A stretch of 64,000 nucleotides of DNA from a virus, in IMG/VR virus record IMGVR_UViG_3300046328_000321, positions 32,001 through 96,000 of that record; one strand, 5' to 3'. The translations under genes were made by a program, and so were the position numbers. This document shows, in pieces, positions 1 through 9,934 of the stretch. Below the pieces are notes generated by a model. The model saw nothing but the letters and a program-made list of their open reading frames with translations. It was not told the origin of the DNA and searched no databases. Every line of letters begins with the position of its first letter. Within the stretch, counting starts at the first letter, position 1.

Positions 1-97
1 TAAATATCTTAACACAGGTTTAGAACGCTTTTTAGTAGAAACACAAATAGATCTTATAATAAATAACTATGTTAGTAGAAATGATATTATAAGTATA

Positions 98-206
98 TGA
101 ACATAAACATTCCCTTTATAACATATTTCAGCTATACATACTTTAACTGAGCTATTACAGTTTAAACTGATGTATCTGTCAGTACTGTTAATTAAAGGAG
201 ATAAAG
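98..206 (+). repeat. Dispersed cassette leader (promoter + hairpin + RBS); copies at ~825, 1384, 14056, 36100, 36322, 41107
   Basis: Shared atacttta(a/t)(c/t)tg(a/g)g(c/t)tattacagtttaaactgatgtatctgtcagtactgt...aaggagat (copies at ~825 and ~36100 are a variant). Confidence 0.9.
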
Positions 207-770
207 ATGACTATCGTTACTAATGAAAACGGTATCTTTTACTATAATGAAAAGGGTGAATATCACCGTGAGGATGGACCTGCTGTTGAATATCGAAATG
301 GTGATAAAGAATGGTATCTGAATGATAAGCTTCACCGGATCGATGGTCCTGCTGTTGAATATGCGAATGGTGATAAAGTATGGTTCGTTAACGGTAAACG
401 GCACCGGACCAATGGTCCTGCTGTGGAATATAGCAATGGTGATAAAATATGGTATGTCGATGGTCAGCGCCATCGTGTGGATGGTCCTGCTTTTGAAACA
501 TTAGGTGGTTATAAAGCCTGGTATCTGAATGATAAGGTCCATCGTCTCGACGGTCCTGCTGTCGAAGATGTGAACGGTTATAAAGCCTGGTATGTCAATG
601 ATCAATACCATCGCACAGATGGACCTGCTGTGGAAGATGTGAACGGTTACGGTTATAAAGCCTGGTATCTGCATGGTCAACGCCATCGTGTGGATGGTCC
701 CGCTATTGAGCGGGCGGATGGTACTAAAGAATACTGGGTTAACGATATTCAACAGGATCCACCTGTTTAA
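207..770 (+). CDS. HRxDGPA-repeat protein, cassette copy A (7 repeats of ~23 aa)
   Basis: Tandem HRx(D/N)GPAxExxxGxKxWxxxG units; AAGGAG RBS; conserved leader and terminator. Confidence 0.9.
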   Translation: MTIVTNENGIFYYNEKGEYHREDGPAVEYRNGDKEWYLNDKLHRIDGPAVEYANGDKVWFVNGKRHRTNGPAVEYSNGDKIWYVDGQRHRVDGPAFETLGGYKAWYLNDKVHRLDGPAVEDVNGYKAWYVNDQYHRTDGPAVEDVNGYGYKAWYLHGQRHRVDGPAIERADGTKEYWVNDIQQDPPV

Positions 771-780
771 CTGATATAAA

Positions 781-817
781 TATACACACAGCTTATTAGA
801 CTGTGTGTATTTTTTTG
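781..817 (+). terminator. Rho-independent terminator of cassette A
   Basis: tacacacag...ctgtgtgta hairpin followed by T-tract. Confidence 0.8.
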
Positions 818-915
818 TTCCTGTTTGTAAACTATCTCAATCACTTATACTTTATTTGAACTATCGCTGTAGTTTAATCCATACATCTTTGGAACTATCA
901 GCCAAGGAGATAGAC

Positions 916-1335
916 ATGACTGTGATTAAAAACCAGTATGGTACTTTTTATAGGAATGACGCAGATCAACTCCATCGTACCGATGGACCTGCTATCGAAT
1001 ACGCGAATGGTGATAAGCGTTGGCATCTGCACGGTCAGCTTCATCGTGAAGATGGACCTGCTGTGGAATATGTAGATGGTAGTAAATCATGGTTCGTTAA
1101 CGGTAAACGGCACCGGACCAATGGTCCTGCTGTGGAATCTGCAGATGGTTATAAAGCCTGGTTCGTCAATGGTCGACGACATCGTACTGACGGTCCTGCT
1201 GTGGAATGGGGAGATGGTAGTAAGTCATGGTGGGTCGACGATAAGCTCCATCGTGAAGATGGTCCTGCTGTGGAATATCCAGATGGTACTAAAGAATACT
1301 GGGTTAACGGTGTTAAACAAGATCCACCTGTTTAA
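916..1335 (+). CDS. HRxDGPA-repeat protein, copy B (5 repeats)
   Basis: Start reassigned to ATG 916 after AAGGAG; same repeat and KQDPPV C-terminus. Confidence 0.9.
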   Translation: MTVIKNQYGTFYRNDADQLHRTDGPAIEYANGDKRWHLHGQLHREDGPAVEYVDGSKSWFVNGKRHRTNGPAVESADGYKAWFVNGRRHRTDGPAVEWGDGSKSWWVDDKLHREDGPAVEYPDGTKEYWVNGVKQDPPV

Positions 1336-1344
1336 CTGATATAG

Positions 1345-1381
1345 ATATATACACAGCCTGATAAGCTGTGTATATTTTTTT
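1345..1381 (+). terminator. Cassette terminator
   Basis: atatacacagc-ctgataa-gctgtgtatat + T-tract; recurs near 14800, 36280 and (variant) 41695. Confidence 0.85.
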
Positions 1382-1477
1382 ACCTTTTATAACATATTTC
1401 AGCTATACATACTTTAACTGGGTTATTACAGTTTAAACTGATGTATCTGTCAGTACTGTTAATTAAAGGAGATAAAG

Positions 1478-1984
1478 ATGACTATCGTTACTAATGAAAA
1501 GGGTGAACTTCATCGTGAAGATGGTCCTGCTGTAGAATATGCACATGGTTATAAAGTCTGGTATCTAAATGGTAAGTTCCATCGTGAAGATGGTCCCGCC
1601 ATCGAATATGCGAATGGTGATAAGCGTTGGTACATTGAAGATAAGCTCCATCGTGAAGATGGTCCTGCTGTAGAAGGTGCAGATGGTTATAAAGCATGGT
1701 GGGTCAATGGTCAACGACACAGGATGGACGGACCCGCTATCGAATATCCAGATGGTAGTAAAACTTGGTATCTGAACGATAAGGTCCATCGTACAGATGG
1801 TCCTGCTGTAGAAGGTGTAGATGGTACTAAAGAATGGTGGATCGATGATCAACTCCATCGTGAAGATGGTCCCGCCATCGAATATCCAGATGGTACTAAA
1901 GAATACTGGCTCCATGGTTATAAAGCCTGGTTTCTGAAAATATTAAACAAAATATTAACCAGGTATTCTTGTTTTAAATTTTAA
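1478..1984 (+). CDS. HRxDGPA-repeat protein, copy C (6 repeats, rearranged C-terminus)
   Basis: Same leader as copy A; lacks the QDPPV end and runs into unrelated AT-rich sequence. Confidence 0.85.
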   Translation: MTIVTNEKGELHREDGPAVEYAHGYKVWYLNGKFHREDGPAIEYANGDKRWYIEDKLHREDGPAVEGADGYKAWWVNGQRHRMDGPAIEYPDGSKTWYLNDKVHRTDGPAVEGVDGTKEWWIDDQLHREDGPAIEYPDGTKEYWLHGYKAWFLKILNKILTRYSCFKF

Positions 1985-2046
1985 AACAAGAATTTTTTAC
2001 TTGGATTAACTTTAAGACAATTTAACTTTTATAAAGATAGTAAATC

Positions 2047-2952
2047 ATGAATATAAATGAAATTAATCCAAAACCTCTTATTCTTTTGACAAATGTTCAA
2101 GAGACAACCGTCAATACCGCTGTTAATAATGAGAAGAAATATGTCGCTAAATCGATTATTAACATGTTGGATAAACCAACATGTTGTATTGTATATAATC
2201 ATTTCAGTTTAGATGCCATGATGGCTGCTGCTGTTTATAAGACACAAACACCAGGTTCGGTTGTCTACAGTAGTATTAAACAAATACCCTCAGATATTGA
2301 TTTTTATATTGTTATTGGGATGCGTAAAGTTCAAAGTTTTTACAATCCCCTCAAACGTATTTTTAATTTTAATAATGCTAAATTAGACTACTCAGAAAAC
2401 ATAAAATGTTATTGGGTTGAAACAAAAGGACATGACTATATGTCAACACCTTCTTTATTTCATAAGGTCTGCGAAGAATTTGGTGTAGTTTCTGAAGTTA
2501 TTGATCAAATTAGTTATGCTGTTGGTCGGATTTATGAGAAGGATTTGACTTTGAGTCAATTAGTTCTGGTTTATGTGAATATGATGTTAGCACAAGCTGC
2601 TATCGTCGACACACGGCGTAACTATAAACCTCGCGATATTCTCAATGACGATAATACAATTCGAGGAACTGATATAGAAAACTTTCGTGCTTATGTGAAA
2701 GCAATTCAACACAAAGTCAACGGAAGCATCAACCTGAAATATTTTACAATCGGTAATAAAACGTATAAAACCATATTGACAAACATTACAGATGATTACT
2801 TTTGGTCCATGCGTTTGATTCGTATTGCTCACGAATATGTTGTGAATCTTGCAATAACACCTCGGGGTTATTTAATTGATAGTAACATTTCAGATGAAGA
2901 TTGTAAAAGCATTGAAGTTCAAATTGATTTTATAAAAGCTGAAACATTTTAA
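2047..2952 (+). CDS. Hypothetical protein, possibly degenerate DHH-like fold
   Basis: 301-aa ORF; YNHFSLDAMMAAAVY resembles DHH motif I but no DHH triad is visible. Confidence 0.5.
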   Translation: MNINEINPKPLILLTNVQETTVNTAVNNEKKYVAKSIINMLDKPTCCIVYNHFSLDAMMAAAVYKTQTPGSVVYSSIKQIPSDIDFYIVIGMRKVQSFYNPLKRIFNFNNAKLDYSENIKCYWVETKGHDYMSTPSLFHKVCEEFGVVSEVIDQISYAVGRIYEKDLTLSQLVLVYVNMMLAQAAIVDTRRNYKPRDILNDDNTIRGTDIENFRAYVKAIQHKVNGSINLKYFTIGNKTYKTILTNITDDYFWSMRLIRIAHEYVVNLAITPRGYLIDSNISDEDCKSIEVQIDFIKAETF

Positions 2953-3000
2953 TATAAAACATAATTCTACCTGACCTTATGGGTCAGGTAGAAGTTTGTT

Positions 3001-5133
3001 TTATATTTTTTTGTATTTTTTACTGTCTCGAATATTCTGTATCAGTTCATCAACAGACAATACCTTTTTATCTGCGTCTGTCAGATTAACGGCCAGATGT
3101 CTAAGTTTTTGTTCTAATCGATGTATCACATAAGGATCTTTTTCCATACGAATTTGATCAACTGTATTTTCAATCGTCAAACGTAATTGAGATTGCTGTT
3201 GCTGCTGTCTTATTTTAACAGGATCATTATCTTGATTATTTTGTTTGTTAGAAGACAAAATATCTCTGACATTAATACCATAATAAGAAAGACCCGTACC
3301 TTTGGTTATAAACCAGAATGACAGCAACCAAGTAATCACCAGGTCATCATGTCCTCCTTCAGCATGGTCGACTCTACCATTTCTAATAACTAAAGATAAT
3401 ATCTGATCAATTATCTTAACATCATATACACTATCTGATGTTAATCTAACAGCATTCTGTAAAGTGTTACTATAAAGATCTGTGCGACTGGTCAGTCCAG
3501 TACCAGAAGTAGTAAAACCAAAGTGTTTTTTATACTCTACAAGAAGATCAGGTAAAGCCAATAAATTATACCTAAGTAATTTCTCTATACGAGTTAAGTC
3601 CGTAGGGTCTTCTACAGATTTTTGTACGACTGTATTATAAAGTCTTTTAAATGGATTAATACCTTTAGTGGGTAACATCAATAATAAATAATCAATAATG
3701 GCTGATCCTGAAGATCTTCTTTCAATGATGCAGGTAAAGTTTTCATATTTGACAAACCATTCTACCAACCACTGAGCAAACATAATTAAATTGGTTTCGT
3801 TGTAGTTACCAGCAGCTATGACTTCCCCAGTTTGTATATCTCGCATTGTCAGTCCGATATCATCCCCACCGACAGCATCACTGGTATCTATAGCCATACT
3901 GTAATGCCCTCTTACCATTCTAGAGGAAATTTCATTCTCAGATATATACCATCTGGTTATGTAACCAAATTGCTGAGACATTTCAGCATAATGGTCTAAT
4001 CTTTCAGATTTACGTATTCTCTCAGATTGTTCCACTGATAATGGGGAAGTCAAACTACCGGATGTCCAAATATTAAAAAAATCACGATCCGCGTCCTCTC
4101 CTTTAGCACCGGTGATTTCTAATGTTTCTTTTAACCACTGATCGGTATAACCCAACTGTCTATGGTTAAACGTGCAGTTTACACGAGCCTCTCCTTTTGG
4201 AGAATTTCGTCGGATTATTTTATATAGATCATTTATATCTACAGCGTCTAATAGTTTTTCATTCCAAACAGCTGAACCTTGTACTAATTCGTGAGTAAAC
4301 TTACCGTCAGGGTCGTCTTTTTTACCTGACGTTGTGGTAAAAATATTACCATACGGCTCATTCTTTCTTTTAGCTAATGAACGTGCTGCTGTTGTGGATG
4401 CCAGTGCTGCTGGTAAGGTAATACTAATATTAGGTAAGAATGCTATTTCATCAACTTTAAATACAGGCGATGTCAAACCCCGTCCTACATTTAAAGCCAT
4501 TTTCATAGATTTATTCGGGAGGTGACCTTCGTAAGCATTATTCAGATTACCTACGACTAACTTCTCTGTATTGGATACATCCCCTCTTTTTCTTTGATTT
4601 AAATAAAAAGGTAACTCATCAATAATATCTTTTAACCGTATTAAGTTAGCAGATCGGAGTTTATCGTCTTTGGTTAACAAGTTAATCTTACCAAAAGTCA
4701 TGCCTATATTTAATAAATAGGTATCTAATACATCGGAAGAAAAAGATTTACCTGTTTGACGTGGTTGTATGAGAAACAGAGTTACATGATTAAAAAATAA
4801 CCATGGTAAAGCAATACCACCGCGATTAGCGCGATATGATATTGGATCTGAAATGGAACCTCCAGGTACTCTTACAATTTCTCGAAGATAGTACCAATAG
4901 TTAATTTTACATTCAAAAACTATAGCCGCCATGCGTTCCACAGTTAGATTAGCAAAGTCGTATGGATCGACTCCCTGTAATTCTGGGTTATGTAATGCTA
5001 AAACAAAAGCATGGTTCTTTATACCCATGTCTCTGTATAAAGCAGCCATTCTTAAAAATGAAACATTCTTAGTTTTATGATCGACTATCGCATCGGGATA
5101 GTTCTTCCAATCATCAGCAAACAGTATAGTCAT
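3001..5133 (-). CDS. terL: Terminase large subunit (phiKZ gp25-like)
   Basis: Walker A QPRQTGKS, Walker B VFKVDE, nuclease motifs AIDTSDAVGGD, IERRSSG and HDDLVI. Confidence 0.9.
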   Translation of the reverse strand: MTILFADDWKNYPDAIVDHKTKNVSFLRMAALYRDMGIKNHAFVLALHNPELQGVDPYDFANLTVERMAAIVFECKINYWYYLREIVRVPGGSISDPISYRANRGGIALPWLFFNHVTLFLIQPRQTGKSFSSDVLDTYLLNIGMTFGKINLLTKDDKLRSANLIRLKDIIDELPFYLNQRKRGDVSNTEKLVVGNLNNAYEGHLPNKSMKMALNVGRGLTSPVFKVDEIAFLPNISITLPAALASTTAARSLAKRKNEPYGNIFTTTSGKKDDPDGKFTHELVQGSAVWNEKLLDAVDINDLYKIIRRNSPKGEARVNCTFNHRQLGYTDQWLKETLEITGAKGEDADRDFFNIWTSGSLTSPLSVEQSERIRKSERLDHYAEMSQQFGYITRWYISENEISSRMVRGHYSMAIDTSDAVGGDDIGLTMRDIQTGEVIAAGNYNETNLIMFAQWLVEWFVKYENFTCIIERRSSGSAIIDYLLLMLPTKGINPFKRLYNTVVQKSVEDPTDLTRIEKLLRYNLLALPDLLVEYKKHFGFTTSGTGLTSRTDLYSNTLQNAVRLTSDSVYDVKIIDQILSLVIRNGRVDHAEGGHDDLVITWLLSFWFITKGTGLSYYGINVRDILSSNKQNNQDNDPVKIRQQQQQSQLRLTIENTVDQIRMEKDPYVIHRLEQKLRHLAVNLTDADKKVLSVDELIQNIRDSKKYKKI

Positions 5134-5238
5134 GTTAAATTACCTCAAAACATAGTATGTAAAATCTGGGTAAAAAGACATCTACCAGCCCTTGTGAGGC
5201 TGGTAGATGTACTATAAATAAAGACCTTTTACATATCT

Positions 5239-5622
5239 TTATTTTTGTTTTTCGATAAGGTTCTTAAAAAACTCTATGTACTGAGATAAAAGTTCCCTAT
5301 CAAGGTCATCTTCAAATTTTCCTACTAAAGAATCGTATTTAAATACTATTTTCAAATTATTGTGTTGACGTATAAATTCAGGCATAGTTTCATCAACCTG
5401 CATGCGGATTGAATAAGCTACATATTGCACTTCATCTATACGACCGAATCTTTTGACATAATCAGTAAATACTTCTCTGTAAAAGAAAAATTCAACGCTC
5501 TGACCACCTACAGTTGTAAATTCAGATTTTTTGAATTCTGGCTGTAATGGTATTCTCTCTGTGGTGTAAAAGCGAATGCCTTTAAACATCACATAGAGTT
5601 TTATTATTAGTCTTTTGAACAT
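5239..5622 (-). CDS. Hypothetical protein
   Basis: ORF in the late minus-strand operon; GAGGA RBS before ATG at 5622. Confidence 0.6.
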   Translation of the reverse strand: MFKRLIIKLYVMFKGIRFYTTERIPLQPEFKKSEFTTVGGQSVEFFFYREVFTDYVKRFGRIDEVQYVAYSIRMQVDETMPEFIRQHNNLKIVFKYDSLVGKFEDDLDRELLSQYIEFFKNLIEKQK

Positions 5623-5648
5623 TTGATCCTCTCTAGATAACCATAGGA

Positions 5649-6866
5649 TCAAGAATTTCGACCTATCAAAGCTCTCAGACAAATATAAAGTATCAAAGAA
5701 GTTCTAGTAGCCATCAGTAAACTTTCAGAGAACTTACTTTTAGTGGAAAGTTTAACTATCTTACTACCCATGTCTCGTATCTTTATTAATTCTGGATCTG
5801 TGGATCGAGTAGATAAATAAAGATTTTTTAAATTAGTTAACACCATTGGGTAATCTCGCATATTACCAATAGAGTTCTGATGTAATAAATGATAACTATA
5901 AATAACTACTCTTTGTACGAACTCTTGCATCAAAACAGCATTTTCATTAATGCTGCCTTCATGCACTAGTTGTAAAACGATGTTAAGCATCTTATTAGAA
6001 CTATTTTTGTTGATACTGGCTATAACCTGTACCAACTCCTGCTTTATAAAACTGTTACGATCACTTAATATCTGTAGCATGTATTGAACATCAGTTTCTA
6101 CAGACTTTGTTTTATCTTTTAAAGTCTCTTCACCGTCTGCATCATAGAAAGTACCTCCGGTAGTATTTATTCTACCACCTGACTCTCTAACCAACATAAA
6201 CTCAGCATAATAATTCTTGATCATATCTCTGATACGACCTTGACTATCGGACACTGCATAAGTAACAGTAGAATCATCGGCAAATTTATGGAGATTATTA
6301 AGATGTATACTGTTTTTACCCGTCAGTTCATCAGAACGATAATCCACCACAGCGTGCCAACTACCAAGTTTCTTTATAAGATATTTGTTACTCAGATTAG
6401 CATATGTCATCTGAGCCACATGTGGATCGGCAGGATATTTGAAATAATGACTGAATAAAGCAGCTAAACATCTACAGAAGAAAATAACAGCCACGTCATA
6501 AGTAGCTCTCTTTTTCTTAGCCTCATTTATTAGATTACTTCTTAAAAACCCATGTATGAGATACATGCATGTCAGATTCATAATGTCACTACCGACTTTA
6601 TGACTGTGATCGATGGTATCGACAGATCTTATATCTTGAGTCAACTCAGCCAGACTTACGTCAAGCGCATCTTCATAAAATCTCTTCAGATCACTGTCTT
6701 TAAATCTAACGACATGTACACCTAACAAATTCCCACCAAAAAACTGTAAGTGTTCAGAATTTTGGTTGATGTATCCGATTTGAAACTTATACAGCTTATC
6801 AGCTAACTTAGCATCAAACTTCACATGTGCAAAATTCTTCTGAAAAGCTTCATATAAGTTTTTCAT
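5649..6866 (-). CDS. Conserved phiKZ-like protein, probably virion structural
   Basis: 405-aa ORF co-oriented with terminase; FFGGNLLGVHxVRF segment recalled from phiKZ-like phages. Confidence 0.6.
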   Translation of the reverse strand: MKNLYEAFQKNFAHVKFDAKLADKLYKFQIGYINQNSEHLQFFGGNLLGVHVVRFKDSDLKRFYEDALDVSLAELTQDIRSVDTIDHSHKVGSDIMNLTCMYLIHGFLRSNLINEAKKKRATYDVAVIFFCRCLAALFSHYFKYPADPHVAQMTYANLSNKYLIKKLGSWHAVVDYRSDELTGKNSIHLNNLHKFADDSTVTYAVSDSQGRIRDMIKNYYAEFMLVRESGGRINTTGGTFYDADGEETLKDKTKSVETDVQYMLQILSDRNSFIKQELVQVIASINKNSSNKMLNIVLQLVHEGSINENAVLMQEFVQRVVIYSYHLLHQNSIGNMRDYPMVLTNLKNLYLSTRSTDPELIKIRDMGSKIVKLSTKSKFSESLLMATRTSLILYICLRALIGRNS

Positions 6867-7393
6867 TTCAAATAACCTTTCATACTCTCTATGGCAGCTT
6901 TTCTGTTAAATACTACGTCAATACCCATACTGGTAGCCATGTCGTGTAGTAAAGCTACCTTACGAGTAGGGGTCACACATTCTACAGCCAAGATGACTTT
7001 TTTGTATTTTTTACTGTCAAGAGCAAGACGAAGTTTATCACTCGCCTGTACCATCTCCTGACCATCCATTTTGCTTCCATCAGTCGTGTAGACGTAAAGA
7101 TCTTTCTCATCGGCAGTTCCTGCTTGCTCATCCATTAATTCCATATCTTCAGGGTTCAACATATTCATGACTGATTCTTTACCGTAAGCTAGATTTAAAG
7201 CTTCACTGTAAATCTTACTCAAAGGACCCGTCATCACAACATTCTTACCTTTATTACCAGCAGCGTTGTCGGTAGCAGCAGGGGTAGCAGGTTCAGTACC
7301 TATTTTTACATCCGGTACTGGGTCAGTAGGATTCTTAACTGCCTTACTGACATTCTCAGTTGTAGATATGTTACTTATGTTAAAGATACCCAT
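6863..7393 (-). CDS. Hypothetical protein
   Basis: Start reassigned to MGIFN at 7393 (GGAG RBS); stop overlaps the next gene start. Confidence 0.65.
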   Translation of the reverse strand: MGIFNISNISTTENVSKAVKNPTDPVPDVKIGTEPATPAATDNAAGNKGKNVVMTGPLSKIYSEALNLAYGKESVMNMLNPEDMELMDEQAGTADEKDLYVYTTDGSKMDGQEMVQASDKLRLALDSKKYKKVILAVECVTPTRKVALLHDMATSMGIDVVFNRKAAIESMKGYLK

Positions 7394-7962
7394 GCTAGTA
7401 CTCCATAGTGTAGAAAGGAAAAAGTTACACACTGTGTGTAAACAGTTATCATAGCATAAATCGTTAGATCTTCTAAAAAATAAAAAAAAATATTTAAGGA
7501 TATAACTATGGGGGTCATATTTATAGGACATGCTATAAGGGGCTCCGCCCCTTATAGTAGCTGTTCCTTATTGAGATGCTCCTCTTCTAGGCTATATTAG
7601 CTTCATCGTTCCGTTACACTACACTTACGTCGACTTATGACTGCGACATAATATATATCTGAGTATAAATAAAAAATAATGAGTGTGTAAAAATAAAGGA
7701 CTCATGAGAATGTCTATAACAGTTATATCTTTATAATTGATGTAACTTCACTACTGTCTTATAAACATTTATTAAAATATAAGTTTATAAGTATAAACTA
7801 TCTATAGTAACAAATGTAGCATCCACCTTTCTATAGAGATTTTTTTTTTCGATTTTTTAGAAAAAAGGACTTTCTAGATAAGTTCAGTAACTTAAACTTT
7901 ACGTGAGACAATCCCAATCTTATACTGGGTAAGACACTCAGCAACATTCTGAAAGGAAACTG

Positions 7963-8457
7963 ATGAAAAAGCTGATCGCAATATTTGTTATATTACTCAC
8001 ACTCTTTCCCATGAAAGCAAGCGGTGATATAACAGAATACCTAAACGATCGCTGTGGTAAAAAATGTTTTCATGTTAACACCATGATTAATGAAGCTGTG
8101 CAAATAGCTTCGGAATCACATAAGGTTAATCCCGATGTGATAATCGCAGTGATGCAGGTAGAATCTAAATTTAATCCTAAAGCTGAAAACATGAGCAGCA
8201 AAGGACTGATGCAGGTGAACCTGAGGTATCATCGAAAAAAGTTCTCAGGAACTAATCCGTTTAACATATACGCTAACGTGTATGTAGGAACATCCATACT
8301 GAAAGAATGTATGGATAGAAGAGGGAATAACCTCACCAGAGCACTTAAATGCTATAATGGTGGTGGTGATCCCGGTTATGTGAAAAAAGTGATGACGGCT
8401 TTAAATAACGTCAGATCTCAAAAACTTATTGTAACACAAGGAAATCAAAATGGCTAA
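7963..8457 (+). CDS. Lytic transglycosylase (SLT domain) with N-terminal signal or anchor
   Basis: AVMQVESKFNPKA (catalytic E), SKGLMQV, ALKCYNGG; hydrophobic N-terminus. Confidence 0.9.
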   Translation: MKKLIAIFVILLTLFPMKASGDITEYLNDRCGKKCFHVNTMINEAVQIASESHKVNPDVIIAVMQVESKFNPKAENMSSKGLMQVNLRYHRKKFSGTNPFNIYANVYVGTSILKECMDRRGNNLTRALKCYNGGGDPGYVKKVMTALNNVRSQKLIVTQGNQNG

Positions 8458-9427
8458 GCAAAACACAATCGCAGTTTACGGTGCCGGTGGCTTTGGTATC
8501 AATATCGCAAGTCAATTTACTCGATTTGTTGGTAAGACAGATCCTGGTTTCGCTAAGATCATGCCTTACTTTATTGATACTAGCAAATCTAATTTGTTGG
8601 AAAGTGTTCCGCCTAACACATATTTGGTAGAAGGACTTGATGGTTCAGGTAAATTGCGTAATAGTAATTACGGTATAATTTCTGAAAAGAGTAAAGAAAT
8701 CTTGCATCAATTCCGTCCTGGTGATGTGAATGTAGTCGTACATTCAGGAGGTGGAGGATCAGGATCAGTGATTGGTCCAGTTCTTGTCAGCGAGTTGTTG
8801 GCTCGTGGTGAAACTGTTATTGTGTTGATCGGTGGTTCTACTTCATCTCGCATTGAAACAGAGAATACTAAAAAGACTTTGCAATCTTACGAAGTGATCT
8901 CACAAAGACGTGACAAACCTGTCATTTGTTTCTATCGTGAAAATACCAAAGATACTCCTCGTGGCGTTGTAGATAATCAGATGCAAGTAGCAGTTGTTGT
9001 GTTGGCAGCTATTTTCTCTGGTGCTAATCGGGAATTGGAATCTGCTGACTTGAGTAATTGGATCAACTATAATAAAGTGACAAGTTATTCTCCTAAACTT
9101 AATCTTCTAGAATTCCATTCTGGTGATGTGAAATTGGGTAAGGGTCAATCTCTGATCTCTTTGGCTACTTTGACAGATGACAATCACATCTCTGACATCG
9201 ACACACCTGTCGAATATCAGTGTGTAGGATACGTTGGCGAACAAGCTCAGAAAGCTATTTCCATGGAGATGCCTATTCATGCTTGTATTGTCGGCGGTGT
9301 CTTCAATGAAACGGTTAATCGTCTTGAAGAAAAAATTGCTGTGTTTGACGAAATTCGTGCTGTGGTGGTAGAGAAATCTATTATCAAATCCAACACTGTG
9401 TCTACCGATGATGGTTTGATCTTCTAA
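8450..9427 (+). CDS. phuZ: PhuZ phage tubulin
   Basis: YGAGGFGINI, FIDTS, GSGK, tubulin signature GGGSGS, acidic C-terminal DDGLIF tail. Confidence 0.92.
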   Translation: MAKQNTIAVYGAGGFGINIASQFTRFVGKTDPGFAKIMPYFIDTSKSNLLESVPPNTYLVEGLDGSGKLRNSNYGIISEKSKEILHQFRPGDVNVVVHSGGGGSGSVIGPVLVSELLARGETVIVLIGGSTSSRIETENTKKTLQSYEVISQRRDKPVICFYRENTKDTPRGVVDNQMQVAVVVLAAIFSGANRELESADLSNWINYNKVTSYSPKLNLLEFHSGDVKLGKGQSLISLATLTDDNHISDIDTPVEYQCVGYVGEQAQKAISMEMPIHACIVGGVFNETVNRLEEKIAVFDEIRAVVVEKSIIKSNTVSTDDGLIF

Positions 9428-9559
9428 TTAAAAATACACTCTGGCCTGTAATAGCCAGAGTGTATTTTTTTTTTAGTTACATTAAGGCCTTTAAAAAGTA
9501 CTGTGATAATACATACTTTGATTGATAATACCTGATTCATCAATCCAAAGGAAAGTAAC

Positions 9560-9931
9560 ATGACCAATAGCATTTTAACGGTTTATACCACTTATGTGGT
9601 ATCAATTGCTACCATGCGAATCAGATTCACACAAGATCTACCAGTACTGATTCTTACTTATTTGTTAAAATCTGATGAATATGAGCATTTGTTTGACTGG
9701 TTAATACAGCGCGCATATCTAGATTTGTTACACGATAACAAGTTTGGATTACAACAACATTACCAACACGATGTATTCGAAATGATTTACGACAATCATT
9801 ATAAATACGTTTTACCTACTTACATAGCAGATCGTCTCAGAGACATACATGTACTCCACCCAAGTCATGAAAAGACAATACATAAATTAATGGTTTGTGG
9901 TGATATAGTTTTTATTTCAAAAGGAAAGTAA
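9560..9931 (+). CDS. Hypothetical protein
   Basis: ORF with RBS downstream of the phage promoter motif. Confidence 0.6.
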   Translation: MTNSILTVYTTYVVSIATMRIRFTQDLPVLILTYLLKSDEYEHLFDWLIQRAYLDLLHDNKFGLQQHYQHDVFEMIYDNHYKYVLPTYIADRLRDIHVLHPSHEKTIHKLMVCGDIVFISKGK

Positions 9932-9934
9932 TCC

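Noticed and set aside
192-1915. Antisense and alternate-frame ORFs over the repeat genes (also 14180-14659, 36342-36539, 41109-41669)
   Set aside because: Shadows of the repetitive sense ORFs; only the sense frames have RBS, promoter and terminator
207-1984. CRISPR array or diversity-generating retroelement
   Set aside because: Repeats are coding 69-nt units without unique spacers; no cas or reverse transcriptase gene in the window; differences between copies are not adenine-specific
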